The notes under the pieces were generated by a model, which saw only the letters and a program-made list of their open reading frames with translations, ran no database searches and had not been told where the DNA came from. Position numbers and translations under genes: made by a program. Shown here in pieces: positions 8,758-18,884 of a stretch of 64,000 nt of DNA. The number at the start of each line of letters is the position of its first letter. Position 1 is the first letter of the stretch. The stretch spans positions 1,489 to 65,488 of the forward strand of contig JACQST010000043.1 of the NCBI GenBank assembly GCA_016211185.1, given 5' to 3'. The stretch comes from Candidatus Woesearchaeota archaeon (GTDB lineage Archaea > Nanobdellota > Nanobdellia > Woesearchaeales > UBA10216).

Positions 8758-10053
8758 TTACTTGAGCTCCTTCTTAACGAGGTCTATGCACATCCCTGCT
8801 GCAACTGTTGCGCCTGAGTCACGAACCGCGAATCTTGACATCTGTGGTATGTCCATCTGCTTCTCTATTACGAGTGGCGTTGTGGGCTTGACTTTTACTA
8901 CTGCGATGTCTCCGTTCTTTATGAAGTCTGGTTTTTCCTGCAGGGTTTCTCCTGTTGCAGGGTTTACCTTTTTCTCTATGGACAGTATCTGGCACGCCAC
9001 TTGTGCTGTGTGCACGTGGAATACTGGTGTGTAGCCTGCTGTGACGACTGTCGGGTGGTTTATGATTGCTATCTGCGCTGTGAATTCTGTGGCGAGGGTT
9101 GGTGCCTTGTCAGGGTGGCCTATTACGTCTCCTCTTGTTATGTCTTGCTTTGCTATTCCCCTTATGTTGAATCCTATGTTGTCTCCGGGCTCTGCGATGT
9201 CTATTGTCTCGTGGTGCATCTCTATGGTCTTGACTTCGCCGTGGACTCCTTTGCCTTCCCTTCCTGGCACTGCTATGACTTTGTCGCCTACCTTCATCTG
9301 GCCTGTTTCAACCCTTCCGACAGGAACAACTCCTATGCCTGTGATGTTGTAGACGTCCTGTATTGGTAGCCGTAACGGGAGGTTGATTGGCTTGTCTGGC
9401 TGCTTTAGGTTGTTTATTGCCTCTATCAGTGTAGGCCCTTTGTACCATGGCATGTTTTCTGACCTGTTCTTTACGTTTTCTCCCAGGTATGATGCCATCG
9501 CGACGAATTGTATCTCATCTGGGTTGTATCTTACTGTTTTAAGTAAAGCGCTTACCTCTGCCTTTACCTCATCGAACCTTTTCTGGTCGTACTGTACCAT
9601 ATCCATCTTGTTTATTCCGACGATGAGTTGGCCGACTCCGAGTGTTCGGGAGAGGAATATATGTTCCTTTGTCTGCGCCATTACGCCTTCTCCTCGGTTT
9701 GCTGATACTACAAGGACTGCTGCGTCTGCCTGTGACGCTCCTGTTATCATGTTCTTGATGAAGTCCCTGTGTCCTGGCGCGTCTATTATTGTGAAGTAGT
9801 ATTTGTCTGTCTCAAACCTTTTATGGGCGAGGTCTATTGTGAGCCCTCTTTCCTGCTCCTCCTTGAGGTTGTCCATTACGAATGCGAATTCGAAGCCGCT
9901 TTTCCCAAGCTCCTTTGCCTTTTCCTTGAGCTTCCTCATGGTCTGCTCATCTACGGTGCCTGAGTCATAGAGGAGCCTTCCGACTGTTGTTGATTTGCCG
10001 TGGTCTACGTGACCTATGAACACTACGTTAAGGTGTGGTTTTTGCTTAGCCAT
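8758..10053 (-). CDS. tuf: Translation elongation factor 1-alpha (aEF-1A)
   Basis: [30 protein letters not shown] and NKMD GTPase motifs. The start was refined to ATG at 10053; the track ORF carries a spurious 54-aa N-terminal extension. Confidence 0.95.
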   Translation of the reverse strand: MAKQKPHLNVVFIGHVDHGKSTTVGRLLYDSGTVDEQTMRKLKEKAKELGKSGFEFAFVMDNLKEEQERGLTIDLAHKRFETDKYYFTIIDAPGHRDFIKNMITGASQADAAVLVVSANRGEGVMAQTKEHIFLSRTLGVGQLIVGINKMDMVQYDQKRFDEVKAEVSALLKTVRYNPDEIQFVAMASYLGENVKNRSENMPWYKGPTLIEAINNLKQPDKPINLPLRLPIQDVYNITGIGVVPVGRVETGQMKVGDKVIAVPGREGKGVHGEVKTIEMHHETIDIAEPGDNIGFNIRGIAKQDITRGDVIGHPDKAPTLATEFTAQIAIINHPTVVTAGYTPVFHVHTAQVACQILSIEKKVNPATGETLQEKPDFIKNGDIAVVKVKPTTPLVIEKQMDIPQMSRFAVRDSGATVAAGMCIDLVKKELK

Positions 10054-10160
10054 TTTGTTTTTTTCCTCCTGAAATGATGGTAAATTTGTTGTTTCTGGGA
10101 TTTGGGCAGGGTATTTAAATTTTGTGGTATAGAAAAGTTTATAAATCAGTAACCTGAAGG

Positions 10161-10664
10161 GTGTGCTGTAAAGAGGTGAACAGGTTGCAAAGGAAGGGTG
10201 CGCTTGATGTATCAATCAATTCTATTGTCGTTATTGTTTTCGCGATAACAATGCTCGGGCTGGGGCTTGCCTTCATAAAGGGCAAGTTTAGTGAGATAGG
10301 CAAGACTGTTACTTTTCCTCAGCCTGAGATACCTGCATCTGCCGAAGAGCCTATCGTTTTGCCGTCTGAAGTTATGAGCGTAAACAGAGGCACAAACGCT
10401 GAGGTGAGCATTAATTTTTACAATAATCAGAATAGTGATGTTACCTCTAGTGTTATCCCTGAAATCAAGAATTGCGTGGGAACAAGCGGCAGCTCTTTTG
10501 CTCTTGGTGTGACAGCAGGCGGCCAGAATGTTCCTGTTGGCCGTAGTGTTACATATAAGGCGTTGGTGGTTATTCCTCCTGATAAGCCCTCAGGGACTTA
10601 TACTTGCACGCTCCATATAAGTGATACCACAAAGCAGTTCTTCCTGAAGGTGAGTGGAAAATAA
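10161..10664 (+). CDS. Type IV pilin-like protein with class III (prepilin-peptidase) signal peptide
   Basis: N-terminus ...NRLQRKG|[26 protein letters not shown]: a basic n-region, KG followed by a hydrophobic stretch. The C-terminus ([14 protein letters not shown]) resembles that of 11011..11574. Confidence 0.55.
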   Translation: MCCKEVNRLQRKGALDVSINSIVVIVFAITMLGLGLAFIKGKFSEIGKTVTFPQPEIPASAEEPIVLPSEVMSVNRGTNAEVSINFYNNQNSDVTSSVIPEIKNCVGTSGSSFALGVTAGGQNVPVGRSVTYKALVVIPPDKPSGTYTCTLHISDTTKQFFLKVSGK

Positions 10665-10666
10665 AG

Positions 10667-10996
10667 GTGATTATTATGGCTAAGAAGAAGTCTGCAAAAG
10701 GCATTGATTATGCTGAGGACATGACAAGGAATCTGAACATTGCGCCCAGCAAGTTCAAGCCGAAGATTGTTTTCGGCAAGGTCAAGAGAAAGCTGTCTGT
10801 TGAGCAGGAGTTCGAAATCATGAAGCTGGTGCTTGACAAGTTCCTGTGGCTTGGGTTCGGCATAATGGCTTATGGGCTGTATAGGATATATACGAGCACT
10901 GAGCTCAGGGATTTTTATGTGATGCTTGTTGGAGCTTCTGTGCTGCTGCTCTTCATATGGATACTTGTGCGCGAGTATGAAGTGGCCAAGTTCTGA
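10667..10996 (+). CDS. Small hypothetical membrane protein (109 aa, basic N-terminus and two C-terminal TM helices)
   Basis: Track ORF lying between two pilin-like genes. Confidence 0.45.
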   Translation: MIIMAKKKSAKGIDYAEDMTRNLNIAPSKFKPKIVFGKVKRKLSVEQEFEIMKLVLDKFLWLGFGIMAYGLYRIYTSTELRDFYVMLVGASVLLLFIWILVREYEVAKF

Positions 10997-11010
10997 TTTT
11001 TCTTTTTGCC

Positions 11011-11574
11011 ATGGCCCGCAGGAGGAAGGACAGGAAGGGTGTTGAGCTTACTGTAAATTTCTTTGTCATTGTTGCGCTTTCTGTTGTCATCCTTGTTTTC
11101 GGCCTGAAGCTGCTTTATGACGTGCTGGGCAGGGCTTATGTGCAGATAGAGAACCTTGGCAACTGCGACTCCAAGCAGATAGATATTTTGCTGGCTGACA
11201 GCAGGGTTGCTGTTTGCCCGCAGAAGGCAACAATAGGCAGGGGGGCTTCTGGCAGGATGTGGCTCGGTATCCTTAATACAGATGACAACACTGCCTTCAA
11301 GGTTGAGCTGGAGGCCGGCTCAGGCGTTGATTCTGCTGGAGGAAGAATTGATGGTGTTGCTTTTGTTTTTAACTATGTCAGCAGCTACACAATCGGGCGG
11401 AACAAGGACCAGAAAGTGGCTGTGGTTGTGAGCGTGCCGAAGGAAATTCCAAGGGGGACTTACCCTGTCAGCGTTTTTGTCTGCTCAGGCAGCTCAACCC
11501 CTGGCAGCTGCAAGAATATGGCTCCAGCAGAGAGGTATGCGCCTGTGCAGAAGTTTTATGTTGCTGTGCCTTAA
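11011..11574 (+). CDS. Type IV pilin-like protein with class III signal peptide (paralog of 10161..10664)
   Basis: MARRRKDRKG|VELTVNFFVIVALSVVILVFGL; the C-terminal PKEIPRGTYPVSVFVCSGS motif is similar to the first pilin. Confidence 0.55.
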   Translation: MARRRKDRKGVELTVNFFVIVALSVVILVFGLKLLYDVLGRAYVQIENLGNCDSKQIDILLADSRVAVCPQKATIGRGASGRMWLGILNTDDNTAFKVELEAGSGVDSAGGRIDGVAFVFNYVSSYTIGRNKDQKVAVVVSVPKEIPRGTYPVSVFVCSGSSTPGSCKNMAPAERYAPVQKFYVAVP

Positions 11575-12248
11575 AGCCCTGAGACAAGTTCTTCAACTGC
11601 TTTTTTCCTGTCTTCAGCGCCCATGACGTAGTTGGCCACAAGGACTCCTTTTGTGCCAAGCTCTACGGCCTTTTTTACGTCTTCTTTCCCGTTTATCCCT
11701 GCCCCGCAGATGACTGGTATTGGCCTTATTTTTCTTACTGATTGTATCGTTTCGGTTATTATTTCAGGCCGCGCCTTTGACACTGATATGTTTCCGCCTA
11801 TGAGTTCAGGCGGCTCTATGGCAATGTAGTCAGGGCTGCAGGGCTTTGCTATGGCTTCTGCCTCTCTTGTTGTTGCGGCGCAGGCTATTGCCAGCAGCCC
11901 GTTTTTGTGTGCCTTTTCAACTGTTTGCTGTATGGATTGGATGCTGATTTTGTGCTCTGCGTGGTTGATTAGGGTGCCTATGGCTCCTGCCTCTTTGACT
12001 GACTCTGCGGTTATGAAGCCTGTGTTTTTTCCCTGGTCTACAGGGTCGATGTGTTGCGCAATTATTGGCGCGCTCAGTCTTGAAAGCCTGTATATGTCTG
12101 CTGCCTGCGCGGCTATTATCACCTGTTTTCCTGCTTGCTGCGCCTGCTGAATGCAGGCTTTTGCTGTGTCTTCTGCTTTCCGGCCTGTTCCAGAGGGGTA
12201 TGTCTTGTAGTTGATTATTATGAACGGCTCATTGAGGATTTTTGCCAT
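11571..12248 (-). CDS. tpiA: Triosephosphate isomerase, archaeal type
   Basis: FIIINYKTY, GTLINHAEH, AIEPPELIG and VICGAGI motifs. The start was refined to MAKILNEPF. Confidence 0.85.
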   Translation of the reverse strand: MAKILNEPFIIINYKTYPSGTGRKAEDTAKACIQQAQQAGKQVIIAAQAADIYRLSRLSAPIIAQHIDPVDQGKNTGFITAESVKEAGAIGTLINHAEHKISIQSIQQTVEKAHKNGLLAIACAATTREAEAIAKPCSPDYIAIEPPELIGGNISVSKARPEIITETIQSVRKIRPIPVICGAGINGKEDVKKAVELGTKGVLVANYVMGAEDRKKAVEELVSGL

Positions 12249-12356
12249 CTCATTCTTTGTCACCAAAATCTTTATATATTTGTTGGTTCCAGTTGAAACC
12301 AAGGTTTTCCCTAAAAAGAGGCGGTTATAGTAGTGAACAGAGGAGGGGCTGGAAAA

Positions 12357-12791
12357 ATGGCTGGGTTTTTGACGAATATTAAGGACAGGTTTTCTGACAT
12401 GTTCAGGTCAGAGGGTGACGAGTCTGAACTTATTGAGGCTGGCGACAAGGAGTATGTTGAGTTGGACACTTCTGGTAGCGGGGAGAGGAGCAAGGTTGTG
12501 GTGAGGCCTTTCACGATTGAGGACTTTGCAGACATCAAGCTTATCCTTGAGACTCTGAGAGAGGGTTCCACTATTGCGCTTGTCAACATCAAGCCTTTGA
12601 AGGACAAGGACATTATTGAGCTGAAGAGGGCTATAAACAAGCTGAAGAAGACCTCTGATGCTATTGGCGGCGACATTGCTGGCTTCGGTGATGAGTATGT
12701 TGTGATTACGCCGAGTTTTGCCCGGGTTTACAGGTCCAAGCCTGTCCAGCAGCAGGCGCAGGAGATCCAGCTTGAGGAAGGGGCTGCCTGA
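12357..12791 (+). CDS. sepF: Cell division protein SepF (DUF552)
   Basis: N-terminal amphipathic MAGFLTNIKDRFSDMF plus a C-terminal core VVVRPFTIEDFADIKLILETLREGSTIALVNI...GGDIAGFGDEYVVITP that matches the SepF fold. Confidence 0.7.
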   Translation: MAGFLTNIKDRFSDMFRSEGDESELIEAGDKEYVELDTSGSGERSKVVVRPFTIEDFADIKLILETLREGSTIALVNIKPLKDKDIIELKRAINKLKKTSDAIGGDIAGFGDEYVVITPSFARVYRSKPVQQQAQEIQLEEGAA

Positions 12792-12825
12792 TTTTTTGAT
12801 AATTTTCATAAAAAAGTAGGCGCGG

Positions 12826-13233
12826 TCACAGCCCAAGCTCTTGGTCTATTTTTTTTGCTATGAGCTTCATGTCTTCGAATGCCCGTTCAACATCCCGCTC
12901 TATTTCAGCTACCAGAACTTCAAGGTTGTCGACCCTGAGCCTGTATTTGTTTTTTTCCGACGCTATGATTCCTGAGTCAGAGAGCCTTTTTATGTGGTGT
13001 ATTACTGTGGCCCTGCTGAGCCCAAGGTTGTGGGCTATCTCATCGCTTGACACTGTGTTTTGGCTCTTCACGGATTTTATCAGCTCGACGAAAATCCTGT
13101 AGCATGAGCTGTCCTTGTCTCTTATGCCGAACAGCCCAAGAGAGTTAGCTATCCATTTTATTTCGTCGTTTACAGTGCTTTTCCTTATGGGCCGGTTAGC
13201 CCTTATTATGGTTATCCTGCGGCTTTCAAGCAT
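12826..13233 (-). CDS. Winged-helix transcriptional regulator (hypothetical)
   Basis: HTH-like segment SSDEIAHNLGLSRATVIHHIKRLSDSGII. Confidence 0.5.
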   Translation of the reverse strand: MLESRRITIIRANRPIRKSTVNDEIKWIANSLGLFGIRDKDSSCYRIFVELIKSVKSQNTVSSDEIAHNLGLSRATVIHHIKRLSDSGIIASEKNKYRLRVDNLEVLVAEIERDVERAFEDMKLIAKKIDQELGL

Positions 13234-13414
13234 GTTCGTCAGTTTGTTTTTCTTTGTTTATAAACTTTGTTAGAAAAATTTAAATAGTTGTTGTTCATTC
13301 CAAATAAACAGAGTTGATTTAAGCTCAACAGGAGGTGGTTCGGATGGATGACTTTTTGAAGAAATGCAAGGACGACGGGGTTGAGGAGACTCCGAATAGA
13401 GTGAGGCGGATTGC

Positions 13415-13927
13415 ATGAAAAATGAGCATGGAAGCGGAAAGTCTGAATGCTGCAGCAGGGAGCAGCACGAGGAAGTGTGTAACCCGTGCAACAGCAAATG
13501 CAGCGGCGAGTGCAGTGAACTGAAAGACATACTCCAGCGGCTTCAGGCTGACTTCGAGAACTATAAGAAAAGGTGTGCCCGCGAATCCGCTGAGGCTATG
13601 GAGCGAGGCAGCATGGATGTGCTCGCGGGCATACTGCCTGTGCTTGACAGCTTTGAGCTTGCGCTGAAAAGCCTTGAGGGCCAGGGGCGCATCTCAGACG
13701 GTGTGAGGATGATTTATGCGCAGCTCTGCTCTGCCCTTGAATCATTGGGGCTGAGAAAAATCGAGGCTTTGGGAATGAAGTTTGACCCGAATGTGCACGA
13801 GGCGTTGATGGTAGAGGACTCTGATAAGGGCGATGTTGTGCTTGAGGAATTCCAGAAGGGTTACGTGTTCAAAGACGCTGTTCTGAGGCACAGCAGGGTG
13901 AAGATTGGTAAAAACCCGATTATATAA
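13415..13927 (+). CDS. grpE: Nucleotide exchange factor GrpE
   Basis: Coiled-coil (LQRLQADFENYKKR) followed by a GrpE C-terminal domain (FDPNVHEALMVE...); located immediately upstream of dnaK. Confidence 0.85.
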   Translation: MKNEHGSGKSECCSREQHEEVCNPCNSKCSGECSELKDILQRLQADFENYKKRCARESAEAMERGSMDVLAGILPVLDSFELALKSLEGQGRISDGVRMIYAQLCSALESLGLRKIEALGMKFDPNVHEALMVEDSDKGDVVLEEFQKGYVFKDAVLRHSRVKIGKNPII

Positions 13928-13961
13928 TTATTAGACATAATGAAGTTGGAGGCAAAAATAC

Positions 13962-15812
13962 ATGGCAAAGATTATAGGTATCGATTTGGGCACGAGCAAT
14001 TCTGCAGCGGCTTTTCTGGAGGCTGGCAAGCCAAGGATAATCCCTTCTGCAGAGGGCGTTACGCAGTACGGGAAGGCTTTTCCGTCAGTGGTTGCCTTCA
14101 CCAAGGAAGGCGAGGTTCTTGTCGGAGAGCCTGCAAGGAGGCAGGCTGTGAGCAACCCTGAGGGCACATTGGTTGCGGCAAAGAGGAGGATGGGGACTGC
14201 ACACAAGTACAGGATAATGGGCAAGGATTATACGCCGCAGCAGATATCTGCGTTCATTCTGCAGAAGATAAAGCGGGACGCAGAGGAGTTTCTCGGGGAA
14301 AAGGTGGAAAAGGCAGTAATAACTGTTCCTGCTTATTTTGATGACAACCAGAGGCAGGCGACAAAGGACGCTGGCGCAATAGCCGGACTTGACGTGGTGA
14401 GGCTTGTGAATGAGCCTACTGCAGCCGCGTTTGCCTACGGGCTTGACAAGGCAGGCAAGGTCCAGACCATCATGGTTTTTGACCTTGGTGGAGGGACTCT
14501 TGATGTCACGATAATGGACATGGGCGAGGAGGGCGTCTTCGAGGTTAAGGCCACAAGCGGTGACACTCAGCTTGGCGGGACAGACATGGACAGGACTGTT
14601 GTGGATTTCCTTGTGAAGGAGTTCAAGTCCTCTGAAGGCATTGACCTGAGCAAAGACAAGGTTGCGATGCAGCGCCTGTTTGAAGCTACTGAGAAAGCCA
14701 AGATTGAGCTCTCAACAACGCTTGACACCGAGATAAACCTGCCGTTCATAACAGCGACAAAGGACGGCCCGAGGCATTTCAGCTACAGGCTTTCAAGGGC
14801 AAAGCTTGAGAGCCTTCTTTCACACATTGTTGAGAGGTGCAGGCATCCGATAGAGCAGGCGCTGTCAGATGCAAAGCTGAGCTCCAATGACATACACAAG
14901 GTTATTCTCGTCGGAGGCCCGACCAGGATGCCTTACGTTCAGCGCTTTGTTGAGCAGGTTGTGGGCAAAAAGGTTGAGAGGGGCATAGATCCCATGGAGT
15001 GCGTTGCGATGGGTGCTGCTGTGCAGGGAGGCATACTTGCAGGAGACATAAAGGACGTGCTGCTGCTTGATGTGACTCCGTTGTCGCTTGGTATTGAGAC
15101 TCTGGGTGGCGTGTTCACTAAGCTGATTGAGAGGAACACCACGATTCCCACAAGGAAGAGCCAGGTTTTCAGCACTGCTTCAGACAACCAGCCTGCAGTA
15201 AGCATTAAGGTGCTGCAGGGCGAGAGGTCCATGGCTGCTGACAACAAGCTCCTTGGCCAGTTCGACCTTGTAGGGATTCCACCTGCTCCAAGGGGTGTCC
15301 CGCAGATTGAGGTCAGCTTTGATATAGATGCAAACGGGATTGTGCACGTAACTGCAAAGGACCTCGGGACAGGCAAGGAGCAGTCCATAAGGATAACTGC
15401 AGGGCAGAAGCTCAGCGAGGCAGAGATTGAAAGGATGAGGAAGGACGCTGAGAATTTTGCAGATGCGGACAGGAAGAGAAGGGAGGAGGCAGAGCTTGTT
15501 AACGAGGCTGACAGCATGGTTTATTCCTCTGAAAAGCTTGTTTCAGACTTGAAGGGGAAGGTTGCTGATGAGCGCCTTGAGTCGATAAAAAAGGGCGCTG
15601 GGGAGTTGCGGGAGCTGCTGTCCATGAGCCCAAGGGACTCTGCCGAGATATCACGGAAGAAAGATGAGCTTTCGAAGCTTGTGCAGGAGGCAAGCACAGA
15701 GCTTTATCAGAAGGCAGCTACTGAAAGGCAAGGCAAGGGCCAGGGCAGTGAAAGCGAAACAGATAAAAACGAGCGCGTAGTTGATGCTGATTACAAGGTA
15801 AAGGACCAGTGA
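13962..15812 (+). CDS. dnaK: Hsp70 chaperone DnaK
   Basis: [23 protein letters not shown] and [11 protein letters not shown] Hsp70 signatures. Confidence 0.95.
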   Translation: MAKIIGIDLGTSNSAAAFLEAGKPRIIPSAEGVTQYGKAFPSVVAFTKEGEVLVGEPARRQAVSNPEGTLVAAKRRMGTAHKYRIMGKDYTPQQISAFILQKIKRDAEEFLGEKVEKAVITVPAYFDDNQRQATKDAGAIAGLDVVRLVNEPTAAAFAYGLDKAGKVQTIMVFDLGGGTLDVTIMDMGEEGVFEVKATSGDTQLGGTDMDRTVVDFLVKEFKSSEGIDLSKDKVAMQRLFEATEKAKIELSTTLDTEINLPFITATKDGPRHFSYRLSRAKLESLLSHIVERCRHPIEQALSDAKLSSNDIHKVILVGGPTRMPYVQRFVEQVVGKKVERGIDPMECVAMGAAVQGGILAGDIKDVLLLDVTPLSLGIETLGGVFTKLIERNTTIPTRKSQVFSTASDNQPAVSIKVLQGERSMAADNKLLGQFDLVGIPPAPRGVPQIEVSFDIDANGIVHVTAKDLGTGKEQSIRITAGQKLSEAEIERMRKDAENFADADRKRREEAELVNEADSMVYSSEKLVSDLKGKVADERLESIKKGAGELRELLSMSPRDSAEISRKKDELSKLVQEASTELYQKAATERQGKGQGSESETDKNERVVDADYKVKDQ

Positions 15813-15830
15813 CTTAACACCGGGTTTTAA

Positions 15831-16244
15831 ATGGACATTAAACTAAAGATAGCTGTTTCAACGCTTTTGCTGCTGCTCGTGATAGGTACCACCTTTTATC
15901 ACTTTGTGGAGGAGTGGTCGCTGGTTGACTCATTTTATTTCACAAGCATAACTTTGACCACCATAGGGTACGGGGATGTGCACCCTGTGAAAGATGTGAG
16001 CAAGATTTTCACATCCTTCTTCGCGATATTGGGTGTTGCGGTGGCGCTTTATGCGCTCACCATTATTGGTTCCGACTACTTTGCCAGGAGGGAGCAGGAC
16101 TTTATGCGGAGGATGAGCCAGTCCTCTGATGACAAGTCGGCAAGACTTAACCTGAGCATATCGACTGCGAACCAGCACTTGATGAAGGCTGACCAGCACA
16201 TAGTCAGCCTGATGAGGAAGATAGACGAGCGCTTGAAGAAGTAG
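15831..16244 (+). CDS. Two-TM potassium channel (TVGYG-type selectivity filter)
   Basis: TLTTIGYGD selectivity filter flanked by two TM helices; 137 aa. Confidence 0.75.
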   Translation: MDIKLKIAVSTLLLLLVIGTTFYHFVEEWSLVDSFYFTSITLTTIGYGDVHPVKDVSKIFTSFFAILGVAVALYALTIIGSDYFARREQDFMRRMSQSSDDKSARLNLSISTANQHLMKADQHIVSLMRKIDERLKK

Positions 16245-16261
16245 AGGTTGGGGCGGTTCTG

Positions 16262-17320
16262 ATGGCAAAGGATTACTACGGGATTCTCGGCGTGGCGAAA
16301 GGGGCTGGCAAGGAAGAGATAAAGAAGGCATACAGGATTCTGGCAAAGAAGTATCATCCTGACCTTAACAAGAGCCATGATGCTGCAGAGCGCTTCAAGG
16401 AAATCAGCGAGGCTTATTCTGTTCTTTCTGACGACAGGAAGCGGGAGTCTTATGACCGCTTCGGCACTACTGCAGAGGGGTTTGGGCCTGGGGCCTCTGG
16501 CTTTGACTTCAGTGACTCCGGTGTTTTTTCAGAGTTCGGATTTGACATGAACGACATATTTGAGCGGTTTTTCGGCGGAAGAAACATGAACAGGGGAGCT
16601 GACATAAGGGTTGAGGTTTCTGTCTCCCTTGAAGAGGTGGCTTCAGGCATGCTGAAGAGCATAACTGTGCCCAGGACTGAGCGCTGCGGGAAATGCAGGG
16701 GCTCAGGGGCTGAGTCCTCTTCTGATGTGTTGAAGTGCCCTGATTGCAACGGCTCAGGTTATGTGAGGAGGAGCCAGCGTATTGCGCTTGGAATGTTCAC
16801 TGCCACAACTTCCTGTTCTAAGTGCAGGGGTGCCGGAACAATTATCAGGAATCCTTGCAGGGCATGCAAGGGAAAGGGAAGCGTTATGGAGAGAAGAAGC
16901 ATCGAGGTCAGGATTCCTGCTGGTGTTGAGGACGGGACTATGCTCAGGATTCAGGGGGGTGGCAACAGCAGCGATGTTCCCGGGAACCTGTATGTGCTCA
17001 TCCGTGTGCTGCCGCACAAGATTTTCAGCAGGCAGGGAAGCGACCTGGTTCTTGTTGTGCCCATCAGCATGGTGCAGGCAGCGCTTGGCTCTGAAATCGA
17101 TGTTCCTGTGCTTGGCGGAGGGAAGGTGTCAGTGTCTGTTACTGCAGGCACCCAGCCAGGGACTGTTTTGAGAATCAGGGGCAAGGGCTTGCCTGACATG
17201 GAAACAGGGCATGTTGGGGACATAAAGGCTCGGCTCGATGTCAGGATACCTGCCCGGCTATCAAGGAGGCAGAAGGAGCTTCTTGAGCAGTTTGGGAAGG
17301 AGGATAAGCCGTCCTTGTAG
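16262..17320 (+). CDS. dnaJ: Hsp40 co-chaperone DnaJ
   Basis: J-domain (DYYGILGV...KKYHPDLN) plus four CxxCxGxG zinc-finger repeats. Confidence 0.9.
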   Translation: MAKDYYGILGVAKGAGKEEIKKAYRILAKKYHPDLNKSHDAAERFKEISEAYSVLSDDRKRESYDRFGTTAEGFGPGASGFDFSDSGVFSEFGFDMNDIFERFFGGRNMNRGADIRVEVSVSLEEVASGMLKSITVPRTERCGKCRGSGAESSSDVLKCPDCNGSGYVRRSQRIALGMFTATTSCSKCRGAGTIIRNPCRACKGKGSVMERRSIEVRIPAGVEDGTMLRIQGGGNSSDVPGNLYVLIRVLPHKIFSRQGSDLVLVVPISMVQAALGSEIDVPVLGGGKVSVSVTAGTQPGTVLRIRGKGLPDMETGHVGDIKARLDVRIPARLSRRQKELLEQFGKEDKPSL

Positions 17321-17354
17321 AAATCTTTATATTGGGCTTTAGCTTTGCCCTCAT

Positions 17355-18266
17355 ATGGCGCTGTTTGAGCTTGCCCTGACTGTAGCTGGGCTTTCTCTGT
17401 TCGAGGTCATAAGCAGCATCGATAACGCCATCATCAATGCCGAGGTTCTTTCGACAATGCAGGAAAGGGCCAGGCGCTGGTTTCTTCTTTGGGGTTTGCT
17501 GTTCGCGGTGTTCGTAATCAGGGGCGTGCTACCTTGGCTTATTGTCTGGGCCACCGCACCTTCACTCGGCCCGGTAGGTGCATTGACAGCCACGTTCAGC
17601 AGCGACCCGCGCGTGATTGAGGCTGTGGAGATGTCTGCTCCCATTCTGCTGATTGGTGGAGGGACTTTTCTTGTGCTGCTGTTTTTCCACTGGCTGTTCA
17701 TGGAGCAGAAGCATTATGGCTTGGTGGGAGAGAGATTTTTCCATTCGCAGGGAGTGTGGTTCTACGCTGTTGCGTCCATCTTCCTTGCAGTGATTGTGTG
17801 GTTTGCGCTGCACAAGAATCCGCTGATGGCTTTCTCATCGGTTGTTGGCTCCACTGCTTTTTTCATCACGCACGGCTTCAAGCAGAACGCCGAGCACGAG
17901 GAGGAAAGGCTTCTTGAGAAGGGGAGGTCTGACCTGAGCAAGGTATTTTATCTTGAGGTGATAGACGCGACATTCTCAATAGACGGTGTGCTTGGGGCGT
18001 TCGCGTTCACGCTTTCAGTTCCGCTTATCCTGCTGGGGAACGGACTGGGTGCTGTTGTTCTCAGGCAGATGACCGTAACAAACATAGACCGAATAAAGAA
18101 ATACAAGTACCTGAAGAACGGGGCGATGTATTCGATACTTTTCCTGGGGATGATAATGGTTCTTGACAGCTTCGGATTTCACATACCGAGCTGGCTATCG
18201 CCTGTTACTACTTTTGGCGTTGTAGGTTACTTTTTCTGGAAGTCGAGCCGGGAGATGGGGAGATGA
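17355..18266 (+). CDS. TerC/DUF475-like integral membrane protein
   Basis: Repeated E-x-I-S-S-I-D-N-A/E-V-I-D-A-T-F-S-I-D-G motifs across 7-8 TM segments. Confidence 0.5.
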   Translation: MALFELALTVAGLSLFEVISSIDNAIINAEVLSTMQERARRWFLLWGLLFAVFVIRGVLPWLIVWATAPSLGPVGALTATFSSDPRVIEAVEMSAPILLIGGGTFLVLLFFHWLFMEQKHYGLVGERFFHSQGVWFYAVASIFLAVIVWFALHKNPLMAFSSVVGSTAFFITHGFKQNAEHEEERLLEKGRSDLSKVFYLEVIDATFSIDGVLGAFAFTLSVPLILLGNGLGAVVLRQMTVTNIDRIKKYKYLKNGAMYSILFLGMIMVLDSFGFHIPSWLSPVTTFGVVGYFFWKSSREMGR

Positions 18267-18294
18267 ATAAGGAGTAAAATTCAAGCAATAACTA

Positions 18295-18675
18295 TCAGTC
18301 ATTGCCTTCAGGTGATGTTTTCCTTGGCCTCAAGTATTCCACGTTGTTGGCAAGGTAGGCCAGAAACGCATCGGCTAACCATATGATCTCAGGTAGCTTG
18401 CTTTCATCACCACTATGTTCCTTGAGCTGTCCCGCCTTGTAGTCGTCAAGCATGACTTTTGCGCTCATAACGGCACAGCTATAAGTCAGTTTAGGTGCGA
18501 GCGTAAAGGCAGTTGCAACAGCCCGAACACCTGCGGCGATTTGCATGGAACTTTTTTCATCAGGCTGCGTGCCATTCATGGCAACATAGACGTTTGTAAT
18601 TATGGATTCCAGCTGGCCATCAGTGAATAGTTGGCGTGCTTCCTCAATCATATTGACATCCTGCATAAAAACCAC
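18295..18675 (-). CDS. Hypothetical protein (126 aa)
   Basis: Track ORF with no confident domain. Confidence 0.4.
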   Translation of the reverse strand: MVFMQDVNMIEEARQLFTDGQLESIITNVYVAMNGTQPDEKSSMQIAAGVRAVATAFTLAPKLTYSCAVMSAKVMLDDYKAGQLKEHSGDESKLPEIIWLADAFLAYLANNVEYLRPRKTSPEGND

Positions 18676-18884
18676 CTCGATTTATTAAACTAGCTATAAA
18701 CAGTCATACTACTGCTTTAAATTTGTATGCCATCTTGGGGAGGTGACGAATTTTGCATTACATGCGAGCTCTGCTTTTAAAATGCGCCGCGGCTGGGAGT
18801 TTCGCCCATAATGGTTTTGAGCCCAGAAAGCCCTTTCGGGCTAGACGGGTTTCAGCCATCCGCCATAACCAGATTAGGCGACCG

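Noticed and set aside
10054-10215. 54-aa N-terminal extension of the EF-1alpha ORF
   Set aside because: The conserved EF-1alpha N-terminus [21 protein letters not shown] begins at the internal ATG. The extension has no counterpart in the family.
14939-15517. 192-aa minus-strand ORF inside dnaK
   Set aside because: It is the antisense frame of dnaK with Ser/Leu-rich composition and no independent support.
18676-18884. Possible structured ncRNA upstream of the IS-like element (palindrome AGCCCAGAAAGCCCTTTCGGGCT)
   Set aside because: It is a single short hairpin in an intergenic region. There is nothing to distinguish it from a terminator of the adjacent minus-strand gene.
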